DNA from: an uncultured Poribacteria bacterium
GTDB lineage: Bacteria; Poribacteria; WGA-4E; WGA-3G
Assembly (NCBI GenBank): GCA_951813565.1
Contig: OX638351.1
Span: forward strand, 3,968,001-4,032,000
Direction: 5' to 3'
Length of the DNA: 64,000 bases
Shown piece by piece: positions 39,164 to 49,989 of the stretch. The notes under the pieces were generated by a model. That model made no database searches and was not told the DNA's origin. It saw only the letters and a program-made list of their open reading frames with translations. A program made the position numbers and the translations under genes. Numbering within the stretch: the first letter of the stretch is position 1; the number at the start of each line of letters is the position of its first letter.

Positions 39164-41690
39164 TGTCGTTGTCCTCTGTGTTATCATCAGGTTTCTGAAT
39201 AAATTCATAAGCCTCAATTAGATCCAATAAAAGCGTTTCATATTCTTTGTGTGCTTTTAATTTCTGATACCACGGACCGAGGTTGTTATTAGATACGCCG
39301 TGCCAGTTCTGTTCAATATACTTTTTGAGTATGTCTCCGTGCTTTTGTTCCAGTCGGCTGCGGAAGTATAGATAATCAAGCGTTGATGTTGCACGCCCAA
39401 GTTTAAGTGATTCCCGTAGTTGGTAGAGTTGTGAGTTTGGAAAATTCTCCTTCTTCAAGTCTTTTACGGTTTTAATAAAGCCTGATAGTTCGTGCAATGT
39501 GTAGGGTCGCATCGTGAGTGAGTTATCAGTTTCTGTCTTGTAAGCGTTTTTGCGGAAATCACTGAGATTGCTTGTAATCATTGAAATGGATTTGAGGACG
39601 AGGAAATCAACGGTGCCGCCACGGTATCCGACATCATCTTTTATCAATGTCTTTGCTCTACTCTTTGCAGATTTGAGTAAGCTTGCAGCGAGATGTTCTA
39701 AGAACGCAACAGGTGTATGTTCATCGGCTATGACGAAACCGAGTGATAGACTGAAAACGGGTTGCATCTCTTGTGCATCTACTATCCATTGTTCTGACCG
39801 GTAACGTTGTGATTTTTGAACTTCGTCTTTTTTCGACTCAGCCCATTTCGCACGACTATTGAATTGGCTATCAAAGTTTGTGCCGATGGCGTGAACGATG
39901 TCAAATGCATTACTGCCCGGCACGATCAGGAGCAGGTCGTCTCCACCAATGCTAATGATTTCAAATGGCAGGACACCCGCATTGGTAGGTTTAAGATGAT
40001 CGGTAAGTGTGTCGAATGCTGCCTTTTGCATAGCGACAAAGACGCGTTCCGAAAACTGCCGATACTGTGCAGGCGATGCGATCTTCTCCAAATATCCACC
40101 CATATTGTTACCATCAGCATAGATAAAAGTGATGAAGCCTTTAGGATTACTTGCGTCAGCAATGTCTGCAAGGTCTTGAGGACCACCGACATCTTTATAA
40201 GGTTGGTCTTCGGTAAAATACTGTTCCGCTTTTGCAGTAACTTTCAAATAATTCTTGAATAGCGTACTCCAGTCATTAAGATTCCATCCACCGTTTTCCT
40301 TTTGGGTTGCGGGTTGCCAACCAGAGAGTTTACTCAAATAACGATCAATATTGCCTTGTTCCTTTGATTTATCATTTTCTTTTTTTGTAATACGTCCAAT
40401 AACATATTTTCGTGTGCATGCTTCACAGAGTTTACGGGGATCGTGGAAGATTGCAGGTCGACGTTCACAACTTTCACATCGAAGATGATATGGGGCTATT
40501 TCAACGTGTGCGGGTAGGTCGCGTCGTGTTTTCCGGTTTGGCGTTATATTTCCTTCACGCCGTTTCATCTGCGCGCCTGCCAACCTGGCTGTCAATTCAC
40601 CAAAACATTTGCGCTCCAAGAATTCCTTGTTAGAACTGCCATAGTATGTCTCCATAAGTGTTTTAGTATCCTTTTGATCACAGGCAGCCCGATAGTCTTC
40701 AACCCAAAAGTTTGTGGGATTCAAGCCATATTGTAGTTCAAGTAGATTGAAGGTGTCTCCCACAGCGGCACTATTCGCGACGAGAGTTTGGTCTGTATAG
40801 ATGCGTTCAATTTCGTCTGCGATTTTGTGGACAACGGATGTCGGTGCGAATGCAAGCGTATTACCACCTGCTGCATAGATGATACATTCTGGTGCGGTGA
40901 GTTTGTGTCCTGTGCGTTGGTTAAAACTCTCACGGATCTGATTGTATCGTTGCTTGTCTTGTGTGGCTTTGCGTCCGAAGAGTGCTGGCACATCCTCCAA
41001 GTTTATTCTGTCCAGTAATGCGCTTGCCCCGCGAATTTCGGGGAGTTTTGCGGACTCCATAAAGTATCCCTTAATCTTTGTCGCGCCACCTAACACAAGC
41101 CCGATCTGTTGTTTTTCATCTTTAAGGGGGTACTTGTTAAATTCAACCTTATCCGGACAGATCCGTTCAGACGCTGCAGTCTTTGATAAAAACACGATAC
41201 GTTCATGATTATTTCCATCTTTATTAGGTTCAATCGGTTTGTGTCCTGCCCATAACGTATCGTAAACTGCACCGAGTTCATCATCGTCTTTCCAAGTGGC
41301 GGTCAATGCGGATAGGCGGAGATAATCTAAAGTTTCAATATCAGGACGGGGTTCTTCATCGTAGGCGAGACAGTATGCAATTGCGGATGCTGTGAGGGAG
41401 TGGTCTGCAACGGTCGCGCCGGGAAGTGAACGACAAGGCAGCCATCGGAACGGATGTGAACTGTCTTTCCCCTGCCATAATGTCTGAAGTGGTGGTAGCA
41501 GTAGATCCACCATGCAGTTGACACGTTCAGTTATCGTTTGAGCTGTCCAACTGCCAATGTGTGCAATAGTATCTTGGACGACAGCGTTCCAGTCTTTTTC
41601 AGTAATGCCAAATGTATCTTCAAGTATCAAATCTTCCCAGCAATAGTGGGCATTCTCAATCTGTTTACCTGTTTTCCAGTCTCGTGTCAT
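39156..41690 (-). CDS. cas10: Cas10 large subunit (cyclase palm GGDD, no HD nuclease domain)
   Basis: IKGY..ES.KLPEIRGASALLD, YAAGG, CESC..LCEAC, YADGNNMG, IGGDDLLL. Confidence 0.94.
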   Translation of the reverse strand: MTRDWKTGKQIENAHYCWEDLILEDTFGITEKDWNAVVQDTIAHIGSWTAQTITERVNCMVDLLLPPLQTLWQGKDSSHPFRWLPCRSLPGATVADHSLTASAIAYCLAYDEEPRPDIETLDYLRLSALTATWKDDDELGAVYDTLWAGHKPIEPNKDGNNHERIVFLSKTAASERICPDKVEFNKYPLKDEKQQIGLVLGGATKIKGYFMESAKLPEIRGASALLDRINLEDVPALFGRKATQDKQRYNQIRESFNQRTGHKLTAPECIIYAAGGNTLAFAPTSVVHKIADEIERIYTDQTLVANSAAVGDTFNLLELQYGLNPTNFWVEDYRAACDQKDTKTLMETYYGSSNKEFLERKCFGELTARLAGAQMKRREGNITPNRKTRRDLPAHVEIAPYHLRCESCERRPAIFHDPRKLCEACTRKYVIGRITKKENDKSKEQGNIDRYLSKLSGWQPATQKENGGWNLNDWSTLFKNYLKVTAKAEQYFTEDQPYKDVGGPQDLADIADASNPKGFITFIYADGNNMGGYLEKIASPAQYRQFSERVFVAMQKAAFDTLTDHLKPTNAGVLPFEIISIGGDDLLLIVPGSNAFDIVHAIGTNFDSQFNSRAKWAESKKDEVQKSQRYRSEQWIVDAQEMQPVFSLSLGFVIADEHTPVAFLEHLAASLLKSAKSRAKTLIKDDVGYRGGTVDFLVLKSISMITSNLSDFRKNAYKTETDNSLTMRPYTLHELSGFIKTVKDLKKENFPNSQLYQLRESLKLGRATSTLDYLYFRSRLEQKHGDILKKYIEQNWHGVSNNNLGPWYQKLKAHKEYETLLLDLIEAYEFIQKPDDNTEDNDID

Positions 41691-42290
41691 AAACTTGTCC
41701 TATTTTACAAAATCATATCGGGACAATTTATTAACTCATAAGTTATAAATCTTGATTTCCCAATTTAAAACCTATCATACCATAATTCCATTAATCAGCC
41801 AACTTAAATTTGAAATAGCAGGGCTATTTAGTTTTAGGATTTTTACACATTTTTGTCGGGAAGTCGCGAGCTGGAGCTCGCTCCTACAAGAAGCGGCACA
41901 TGGAATAATAAGCGAAAATATGAAGAACTAAATGACCCTGTTGAAATAGATAGAGTCAAATATTTTTCCATTATCAATTTTTCAATTTAAAACTTGATTT
42001 TAATATCCACATAGAATAAACTATAGTTTGGACAATTTTTCATACGTAAGTTCAATATAATACCAATTCTAAAGTACAATGTCCCATTTAACATACTGTA
42101 ATTTAATGGAATATCAAGAGAAAAAAGAATGTCCGAGGCGCAGCATGCCACACGGGGAATGCCCTTTGGCATTATCAGACACTTCCGATTAAATCATTAT
42201 AATGTCTAATATCTATCAGTTTTCTTTTGCTACACCAAAAGAAAACTGTTTATAATTTTCCAAATTTCTATTTTTGTCATAGGAGGGACA

Positions 42291-43046
42291 ATGATGACAT
42301 CAAAATTAGGCCGTTTGTTTTTAATAATTTCTATCGTTACGCTAATTGCATTTACAGGTTGTACGAGAGTACAAGACGTGGTAATGGATTCCATGCTACC
42401 AGAAGACAGCATGGTGGAAGTGGTTCCGGTGAAGTTTGTTTTGCTAATTGACTATCCAGAAGGTGAAAAAGATGCTTATATTGAATGGGTTAAATCCCTT
42501 GTTCCAACGCTGCAAGCCCCTGAAGAGGTACGTAGGATACGCTCTTATGACAATCAAGACCAAACGATGAGTCCGAATAGACTTGTTGAGTATGAATTTG
42601 ATAGTTTTCTTGATATGGCACTGTATCTAAATCGACCTGAGATAGCCGAAATTATGAGTGACATCCCAGACCATGCGACCGATGTAACCGTGCACACATT
42701 TATCCAACGTTCTGATTATGCAAAAACCGATGAAGGGAACTGGCCGGTTAAAGGCGTTTTGTTGATTGATTATCCTCTTGGTGGAAAACAGGCATATCTG
42801 GATTGGGTTGAATCCGTTTCTGCTACGACAATCGGACCGTCCCAGTTGAAGACAATAGCCTCTTACGACAACTACTATGGTGAATCTCCACACCGACTGG
42901 TTGAGTTTGAGTTTGCTAATTCCGAAGATTCCACTACTTATGGGGAATTGGAAGATATTAAGGCAATTGAAGCTGAGCTTGATGTGCGCACAGGCAGCTG
43001 GACACAGCATACGTTTGAGTTACGTTCAGATTACATCAATGAATAG
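42291..43046 (+). CDS. Lipoprotein with two tandem homologous domains
   Basis: Lipobox FTGC; duplicated VLLIDYP.G.K.AY..WV.S...SYDN....SP.RLVE.EF. Confidence 0.75.
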   Translation: MMTSKLGRLFLIISIVTLIAFTGCTRVQDVVMDSMLPEDSMVEVVPVKFVLLIDYPEGEKDAYIEWVKSLVPTLQAPEEVRRIRSYDNQDQTMSPNRLVEYEFDSFLDMALYLNRPEIAEIMSDIPDHATDVTVHTFIQRSDYAKTDEGNWPVKGVLLIDYPLGGKQAYLDWVESVSATTIGPSQLKTIASYDNYYGESPHRLVEFEFANSEDSTTYGELEDIKAIEAELDVRTGSWTQHTFELRSDYINE

Positions 43047-43288
43047 CAGCTTAATTAATAGGACGATGTTGCCTAACAAATGAACTGACCATATTATAGT
43101 GGATTTTAGAATTACTTTGACACTTTTAAGGTAGGAGGGAACTCCAATTCCCGACTGCCTTAAAAGTGTCGCGATTTGGAAATCGCTCCTACAAGAGCAT
43201 TCGTCAAATAGGTAGCAACTTGGGTTATAATAGGTAGGCAATACCATTCTTTTATAATCTGTGGTCACGCGTAGTTAAAGGGCTTTAT

Positions 43289-44929
43289 ATGCCAAATAAA
43301 CAACTTACGATTGGTGAGTACCTTCTAAAAAAACTAAAGAGTTACGAAATCAATCATATTTTTGGCATACCTGGCGATTATGTAGTGCAGTTCTTTGATA
43401 TGATTGAGCAGAGTCCTATTCAACAGATCGGCACAACGCGAGAAGAAACAGCAGGATTCGCTGCAGATGCTTATGCCCGAACAAACGGCATGGGGGCTGC
43501 ATGTGTGACGTACGGTGTCGGTGGTTTATCTATGATTAACGCTGTTACCGCTGCCTACGCAGAAAAATCACCACTTGTTGTCATTAGCGGTAGCCCAGGG
43601 ATAAATGAACGTACTGAGGGTGCACTTTTGCACCATAAAGGTAAAGATTTTTTTACACAACAACGTATCTATGAAGAGATAACCGTCGCATCAGCACTAC
43701 TTGACGAACCTTTCACCGCCTTTAACGAGATAGATAGAGTGTTGGATGCAGTCTATTGGCATAAGCGTCCGGGCTACATTGAACTGCCACGCGATATGGT
43801 AGGCATAGAAGGATCAGTGCACCAACGTCCTTCAACGGGTGGACACCACAGTGACTCCGAAACGTTAGAAGCTGCACTATCTAATGCGATTGCGTTCATA
43901 AATCAATCCGAAAATCCTGTTATTTTAGCGGGTGCTGAACTCCATAGATTCGGATTTCGAGACAAATTACTTCGGCTTGCCGAAGAAAAACAGATTCCAG
44001 TGGTGACAACGTTGTTGGGGAAATCGGTGATGCCAGAGGCACATCCACTCTATTTGGGTATTTATGGCGGTGCAATGGGCAGAACAGAGATCACAACGCT
44101 TGTTGAAACCTCTGATTGTCTTATTATTCTTGGCGCATTTATGACCGATGTCAACCTTGGGATTTACACGGCAAACCTTGCGCGAAGTCGTTGTGTCTAT
44201 GCTACCTCGGATAAAATCACCGTCTGTTACTCCACGTATGAAGATGTTACGTTTGAGGATTTTTTGGATGGCTTGTGTTCTCCGCAACTCGCCAAACGCC
44301 CCGAAGTGAACTTGGAATGGGTGCTGGAAGTGGCAGAGCCCTTTGTTATGGTCCCCGACCAAACGCTAACAGTGAAACGCCTATTTCAACATCTCAATCT
44401 ATTTCTGCATGATGAGCTGACGGTTATTCCCGATGTGGGTGATTGTCTTTGGGGTTCTGCGGATTTACGTCTTCCGGAACACACGGAATTTATTTCTCAG
44501 GCATATTATACCTCAATGGGGTTTGCCATTCCCGCTGCTGTTGGTGCGCAGCTGGGCAAACCTGGTTCCAGGCCACTTGTTATTGTCGGAGATGGCGCCT
44601 TCCAAATGACAGGCACTGAGCTCTCAACGACTATCCGCTATGGACTTAACCCGATTATCCTTGTTCTCAACAATCACGGTTACGGCACTATGCGTCCCCT
44701 CGTTGAAGGACCTTTTAATGATATAATAAATTGGCGTTATACGCATCTACCGGAAATGTTAGGAGCAGGGCGCGCGTTTGCTGTCCGTACCGAAGGTGAA
44801 TTTGACAGTGCTATGAAGGCTGCACTTGCGGAAACGCAACATTTTGTCATGATTGAAGCGGAACTTGAAAAATCTGACATGTCACCTGCACTTATAAGGT
44901 TGGCTGAGAAGGTGTCTGAGCAAGTTTGA
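43289..44929 (+). CDS. TPP-dependent alpha-keto acid (indolepyruvate/pyruvate) decarboxylase
   Basis: FGIPGDY, TYGVG..S..N, LLHH, GDGAFQMTG..NN.GY. Confidence 0.9.
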   Translation: MPNKQLTIGEYLLKKLKSYEINHIFGIPGDYVVQFFDMIEQSPIQQIGTTREETAGFAADAYARTNGMGAACVTYGVGGLSMINAVTAAYAEKSPLVVISGSPGINERTEGALLHHKGKDFFTQQRIYEEITVASALLDEPFTAFNEIDRVLDAVYWHKRPGYIELPRDMVGIEGSVHQRPSTGGHHSDSETLEAALSNAIAFINQSENPVILAGAELHRFGFRDKLLRLAEEKQIPVVTTLLGKSVMPEAHPLYLGIYGGAMGRTEITTLVETSDCLIILGAFMTDVNLGIYTANLARSRCVYATSDKITVCYSTYEDVTFEDFLDGLCSPQLAKRPEVNLEWVLEVAEPFVMVPDQTLTVKRLFQHLNLFLHDELTVIPDVGDCLWGSADLRLPEHTEFISQAYYTSMGFAIPAAVGAQLGKPGSRPLVIVGDGAFQMTGTELSTTIRYGLNPIILVLNNHGYGTMRPLVEGPFNDIINWRYTHLPEMLGAGRAFAVRTEGEFDSAMKAALAETQHFVMIEAELEKSDMSPALIRLAEKVSEQV

Positions 44930-45189
44930 GTCTAAAAATAATGCAAGAAGTGACTTCTGTGCTTATATTCAGAGGCATTCAATTGTCAAGTTTTTTCAAC
45001 ATTTTGCACATGGTCGCGAGCTGGAGCTCGCTCCTACAAGAAGAGGTTTTAGGGAAAAGAAGAAATTATTAGAGAATTGAATGGCTCTGGCTTGTATTCC
45101 TTAACCGTTGACAAAAAAGACGAACCCCGTTAAAATTGCGGGAAATCCTCAAGCCCTAATACAGAGGGTAAATTATCAAGTGTTTCGTT

Positions 45190-45736
45190 CAAAACCCCGT
45201 CCTTTAGGTCGGGGATGTCCAACGGCTCACAAGTGCGGGGTATCACGAAATGCCCAACGAAAGATTAGCGTCAGACTACATCGTCAATCATGCAGGTAGG
45301 TGGAGAGCGTCTATATCATGCCAGTCGAATGTGAACTGGAACACGTGAGCGGGTTGATATGCAGCACATATCTGCGATATGCGTTACCAAAGTCGCTATA
45401 GCGAACTCTCAAAAGGAGCGAGTAGACATATTGCATAAAAGACCCCCAAGAGAAGTGAGTCATCTCTTGTTGTGTTGGGGTGCCTGGTAGAAAGGGCAGA
45501 AATGAACTGTTTCAAGTGAAACAGTGCCACTTCACAAAAAAGAATCTTGCCATCTAAAGCAGGTGAAAATCTGCAATAGATGAATGGGCGGGGCATCGTC
45601 CAGTGCGGTAAGTGATGGAAGACGAACAAATGCTTTGCGAAAGCAATGCTGGCGTTCGCATTCACTGTTGATAGCAGAATTTACCCAGTGCAGAGGACCT
45701 AAGAATCCCCCTGCTTTAGCTGGGGGAGTATGTCAA
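45190..45736 (+). mobile_element. IS200/IS605-family (TnpB) degenerate remnant
   Basis: Hairpin ends AAACCCCGTCCTTTAGGTCGGGGATG and GAATCCCCCTGCTTTAGCTGGGGGAGTATGTCAA; decayed Zn-ribbon-like peptide (HKCG..RKISVRLHRQSC). Confidence 0.55.
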
Positions 45737-45764
45737 AAATGTATAGCATTAGAAAGGAAAACTT

Positions 45765-46391
45765 ATGTTACAAACACCCCCAGAATCCGCTGTGATTCTC
45801 TTTGATGGAAAAGATTTAAGCAACTGGACAGGTCGTGACGGTGGCGAACCGAAATGGAAAGTTGAAGGTGACGCTATGATTGTTGAGCCACGCACCGGCG
45901 ACATATCAAGCAAGGAAACTTTCACGGATCATTTCCTACACGTTGAATTCATGTGTCCTGATATGCCCGAAGCAAGTGGACAGGCAAAAGGTAATAGTGG
46001 CGTTTTCCTCCAAGGCAGATATGAAATTCAGGTCTTGGATTCTTACGGTATTGAAGTGCCTGGCAAGGGCGATTGCGGCGCAATTTACAATCAATTTGCA
46101 GCACTTGTAAATGCTTGTTTACCCCCACTTCATTGGCAGACTTATGATGTTATCTTTCGTGCGCCTCGGTTTAACGATGCAGGTGAAATGACTGAAAACG
46201 TCAGAGTGACGGCACTACAGAATGGATTGGTAATCCTCAATAATGTGCAGTTGCCCGGCACTACAGCTGGTGGTGCTGATTCTGAGATTGCCAAACCGGG
46301 ACCGCTACGTTTACAGGACCACGGCAATTTAGTTCAGTATCGAAACATTTGGGCAGTACCACTTCCGCTTGAAGGATCGGATCAATATTAG
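45765..46391 (+). CDS. DUF1080 (3-keto-disaccharide hydrolase-like) protein
   Basis: LFDGKDL, GNSGVF, YEIQVLDS, WQTYD, LQDHG..V.YRNIW. Confidence 0.88.
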   Translation: MLQTPPESAVILFDGKDLSNWTGRDGGEPKWKVEGDAMIVEPRTGDISSKETFTDHFLHVEFMCPDMPEASGQAKGNSGVFLQGRYEIQVLDSYGIEVPGKGDCGAIYNQFAALVNACLPPLHWQTYDVIFRAPRFNDAGEMTENVRVTALQNGLVILNNVQLPGTTAGGADSEIAKPGPLRLQDHGNLVQYRNIWAVPLPLEGSDQY

Positions 46392-46537
46392 TGCTTTGCC
46401 AATTCCAAATTGTTTGTGAATTGAGATGTTTCAGTAGGCGAGATTTCAAAACTCGCCTACAATATAAAGATGGACAGAATAGTAATCCGCATACACAACG
46501 AGAACGTTCGTAGTTAACGTCTGAAATGGAGTTTCAA

Positions 46538-48948
46538 ATTATGAATAGAAAAAGAATTGCGTTGATTGTAGCCATTGCCATGTTTGTCTTTGTTGCACAG
46601 GGCATTTCTGAAGCAGCAGATGCTGAAATACTCAGAGGGCATACGGGCTATGTCTCCAGTGTGGCATTCAGTTCGGATGGTCAGACCCTCGCAAGTGGGA
46701 GTGGTGACAGGACCGTCCGCCTCTGGGATGTCAACACAGGCACACAACTGAAAATAATCACAGGGCATACGGGCTATGTCTCCAGTGTGGCATTCAGTTC
46801 GGATGGTCAGACCCTCGCAAGTGGGAGTTATGACAGGACCGTCCGCCTCTGGGATGTCAACACAGGCACACAACTGAAAATAATCACAGGGCATACGGGC
46901 TATGTCTCCAGTGTGGCATTCAGTTCGGATGGTCAGACCCTCGCAAGTGGGAGTTGGGACAAGACCGTCCGCCTCTGGGATGTCAGCGCGTTGGGTATTC
47001 CCGCTGATATCCTCGTTATCCCGCCAGGAGGCAGACCTTATGAGGATCTGACCAAACAGCACGGTGGAGATGTGCGATCTGTAGCGTATAGTCCGTGGGG
47101 TGTTGTGCTGGCAAGCGGTGGCACAGACGATACCATGCGCTTATGGCGAACAACCAACGGAGAAGCCTTGTCCACCTACGAACACGGTGGGGATGTTAAC
47201 AGCATCGCCTTTACGCCCAATGACACGTGGATAGCCAGTGGGAGCGATGATGGGACAGTGCGCGTATGGAAGTGGAATACCGATGAAGATACCTGGGTGG
47301 AAGCTCAGGAACTTGAAATTGAAGGGAATCGATTAAACAATAATGTCCTAAGTGTCGCTTTCAGTCATGATAATACCATGCTTGCGTGTGGCACAAACGG
47401 GAACGATGTGCTGCTATATGATTACAATCCAGATGACGATAAGTGGGTATACAGAACGGCACTAAAAGACCATCAGGATAATGTGAACAGTGTTGCGTTT
47501 CGTCCTGGAGTACTGTCCTGGCAAGTGCAAGCGATGACGACACGGTGTGGATGTGGGATGCGCGCGCAGGTGAGGCACTTCAAAAGATCGTTGGGCATAC
47601 AGCGGATGTCAACAGTATCGCCTTTAGCCAAGATGGTAGCCGTTTAGTGAGTGGGAGTGATGACGGTACAGTCATCCTATGGCAAGCGTGGGGAAATTTC
47701 TGGAGATACGACCGTACCGTCTCTTCCTATTATGGGAATGTCAATAGCGTTGCTTTTAGTCCAACAGGTAAGGTGTTTGCGATGGGTTGTGACGATGGTG
47801 CTGCGCTTTTGTGCGATCTGGACAGCGGTGCAATTCTACCGTTAGAAAGGCATGCGGCAAAGGTCAGAAGTGTTGCCTTCAGCAAGGATGGCGAAGTGCT
47901 TGCAAGTGGTAGCAGTGATGGCAGAGTGCGGCAGTGGGTGATTCCCGAGTTTTCCAGTACCTACGGACTTGAAATACCCGATAATATGGTGTGGCTACCA
48001 GCACATAACGCGTTGTCAACTTATTTCTTCTTCGGTGCCAGAGTTTCAAGCCTAACGGGTGCGCCACACGGCGCGGATATTGCGTATGAAAAATGTGAAG
48101 TAAAACTTCACATCCCAGATCAATCCTTCTATTTTATTTTACCGGTTACCACACAAACTGGACGCAAAATCAAAGCAGGCCAAGACATAGCAACTGCAAT
48201 AATTAACGTTATCGGAGCATTATCAATAAAGGGAGTCAGTGAGGCAGCAAGTGCAGCGAGTGCTATTATAGCCATAACTGAAGCATACGAATCTACAGTC
48301 AAAGCGTTCGGAGATGAATTAAAAATTACGCTGCCGAAATCTTTATTGGAAAAACCTGAGAGCTCAATGCCTTTTATTGTGATGACCATACCTCGCATGG
48401 ACTCAGTGAGTGTAACAGTCAAACAGGTTGTTAAGATAAACGGTGGTGAAAGCCAAACAGTGACAGCGAACCGCGTGTGGGATTTAAACGAAGATGTGTT
48501 AGCTGCGCCTATTGCACAGCCGAGCGCACTTAAGGACTGGTCCCCATTTCAATTGCTCTCTCCAGAAGGACAAGAAGTGCTTCTGAAGCTTTCGGAGATT
48601 GTAAACGGTCTAACACGTTCTACTTTAGCAAACTTAGAGGCGTGGCAAATTCCAGAGGAGACATCCCTATTGCCAAACTATCCCAATCCGTTCAACCCAG
48701 AGACATGGATACCTTACCAACTCGCCAAACCAGCAGACGTGACGCTGACGATCTATGATATCAATGGGCATGTTGTGCGGGACTTAGATTTAGGACATCA
48801 ACCTGTCGGTATCTATAAAGGCAAAAACCGTGCTGCGCATTGGGATGGCCGCAACGCTGAAGGTGAACCTGTGGCAAGTGGTGTCTATTTCTATACGTTG
48901 AAGGCAGGTGATTTCACTGCTACGCGAAAAATGTTGATACGGAAATAG
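46538..48948 (+). pseudogene. Secreted WD40-repeat protein with C-terminal FlgD-Ig/T9SS-like sorting domain; single frameshift at ~47504
   Basis: ORFs 46526-47647 and 47545-48948 join if one base is restored (FRPWSTVLASASDDDTV); C-terminal PNYPNPFNPETWIPY...SGVYFYTL; the frameshift may be a sequencing error. Confidence 0.8.
46637..46985 (+). repeat. Near-identical 126-bp tandem repeat (about 3 copies) encoding WD40 blades
   Basis: GGGCATACGGGCTATGTCTCCAGT at 46637, 46763 and 46889. Confidence 0.92.
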
Positions 48949-49038
48949 GGAAAATATCAAACTTTCATACATACTACTGCGCAATGTATTGCGGTTCGTA
49001 ATAATGCAATGCATTGTGCGCTTATCAGGAGAAATTTT

Positions 49039-49989
49039 ATGGCAAATCAACCTTTACCTACAGTTCCTCGACGACGGTTAGGCAGAACAGAATTAAGCAT
49101 TCCTGTCGTTCCGTACGGGACACAAGGTTTCGGCAACAATTTTGGCTTTGTTTCAGATGAGGATGCAGTAGCACTGATTAAACACTCAGTCTCTATCGGT
49201 GTAAACCACTTTGATTGCGCTCGCTGTTACGGTGATTCGCAGCGGAAACTTGGCTTGGCAATGAAAGAAATTCCGCGCGAGGATGTAATTATAACTGCGA
49301 GACTTTGCTGTCACTCTGCAGCAGATTGGGGCGGCTATGGACAGGGAAGGCCTAACTATTCTGCCGAACGCGCAATTGCCGATCTGGAAGATCAACTTCA
49401 ATTGCTTAATGTTGATTATCTGGACGGGATGCTAATCCACGACCCGCATGAAATTGATCCAACACTTGAAAAAGGTGGTACTCTTGAAGGTTTGCTCAAA
49501 TGCAAGGCACGCGGACTTGTTCGTCATGTAGGCTATGGGATGCGCCAACACGATTTTCATCTTAAAGCCATTGCGACAGGTGACGTTGACCTTCTCTTGT
49601 GCTTCAACGATTATAACCTCGTCCGGCAATCTGTTAAGGACACTATCCTTCCCGCTGCTGCTGAAGCAGATATAGGCGTTATGAATGGATGGTCTATCTT
49701 GCGCGGTATCCTCACCGGTGTTGATATTGATGCAGAAATTGAACGCGGACGCTGGAAAAAGGAAGGTGATGTTGCAGCAGCGTATCCGATCTGGGAATGG
49801 TGTGTTGAAGAAGGTATAAGTTTGCTTCAACTTGCGCTTCAGTTTTGTCTGAAAGAAGAACGGATTCAAGGTAATAACATCGGCAGCCTCAATGCTGAGC
49901 AATTAGAGGCAAATGTCATCGCAGCCAGTACGCCGTTACCGGACAACGTATGGGAAAAATACGAGGCAAAGTTCGGTTCACAGAATTAA
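49039..49989 (+). CDS. Aldo/keto reductase
   Basis: RRLGRT, FDCARCYG, L..DYLD...IHD. Confidence 0.85.
   Translation: MANQPLPTVPRRRLGRTELSIPVVPYGTQGFGNNFGFVSDEDAVALIKHSVSIGVNHFDCARCYGDSQRKLGLAMKEIPREDVIITARLCCHSAADWGGYGQGRPNYSAERAIADLEDQLQLLNVDYLDGMLIHDPHEIDPTLEKGGTLEGLLKCKARGLVRHVGYGMRQHDFHLKAIATGDVDLLLCFNDYNLVRQSVKDTILPAAAEADIGVMNGWSILRGILTGVDIDAEIERGRWKKEGDVAAAYPIWEWCVEEGISLLQLALQFCLKEERIQGNNIGSLNAEQLEANVIAASTPLPDNVWEKYEAKFGSQN

Noticed and set aside
46514..47062. Antisense ORF with repeated Cys motifs
   Set aside because: Shadow of the WD40 tandem repeat.
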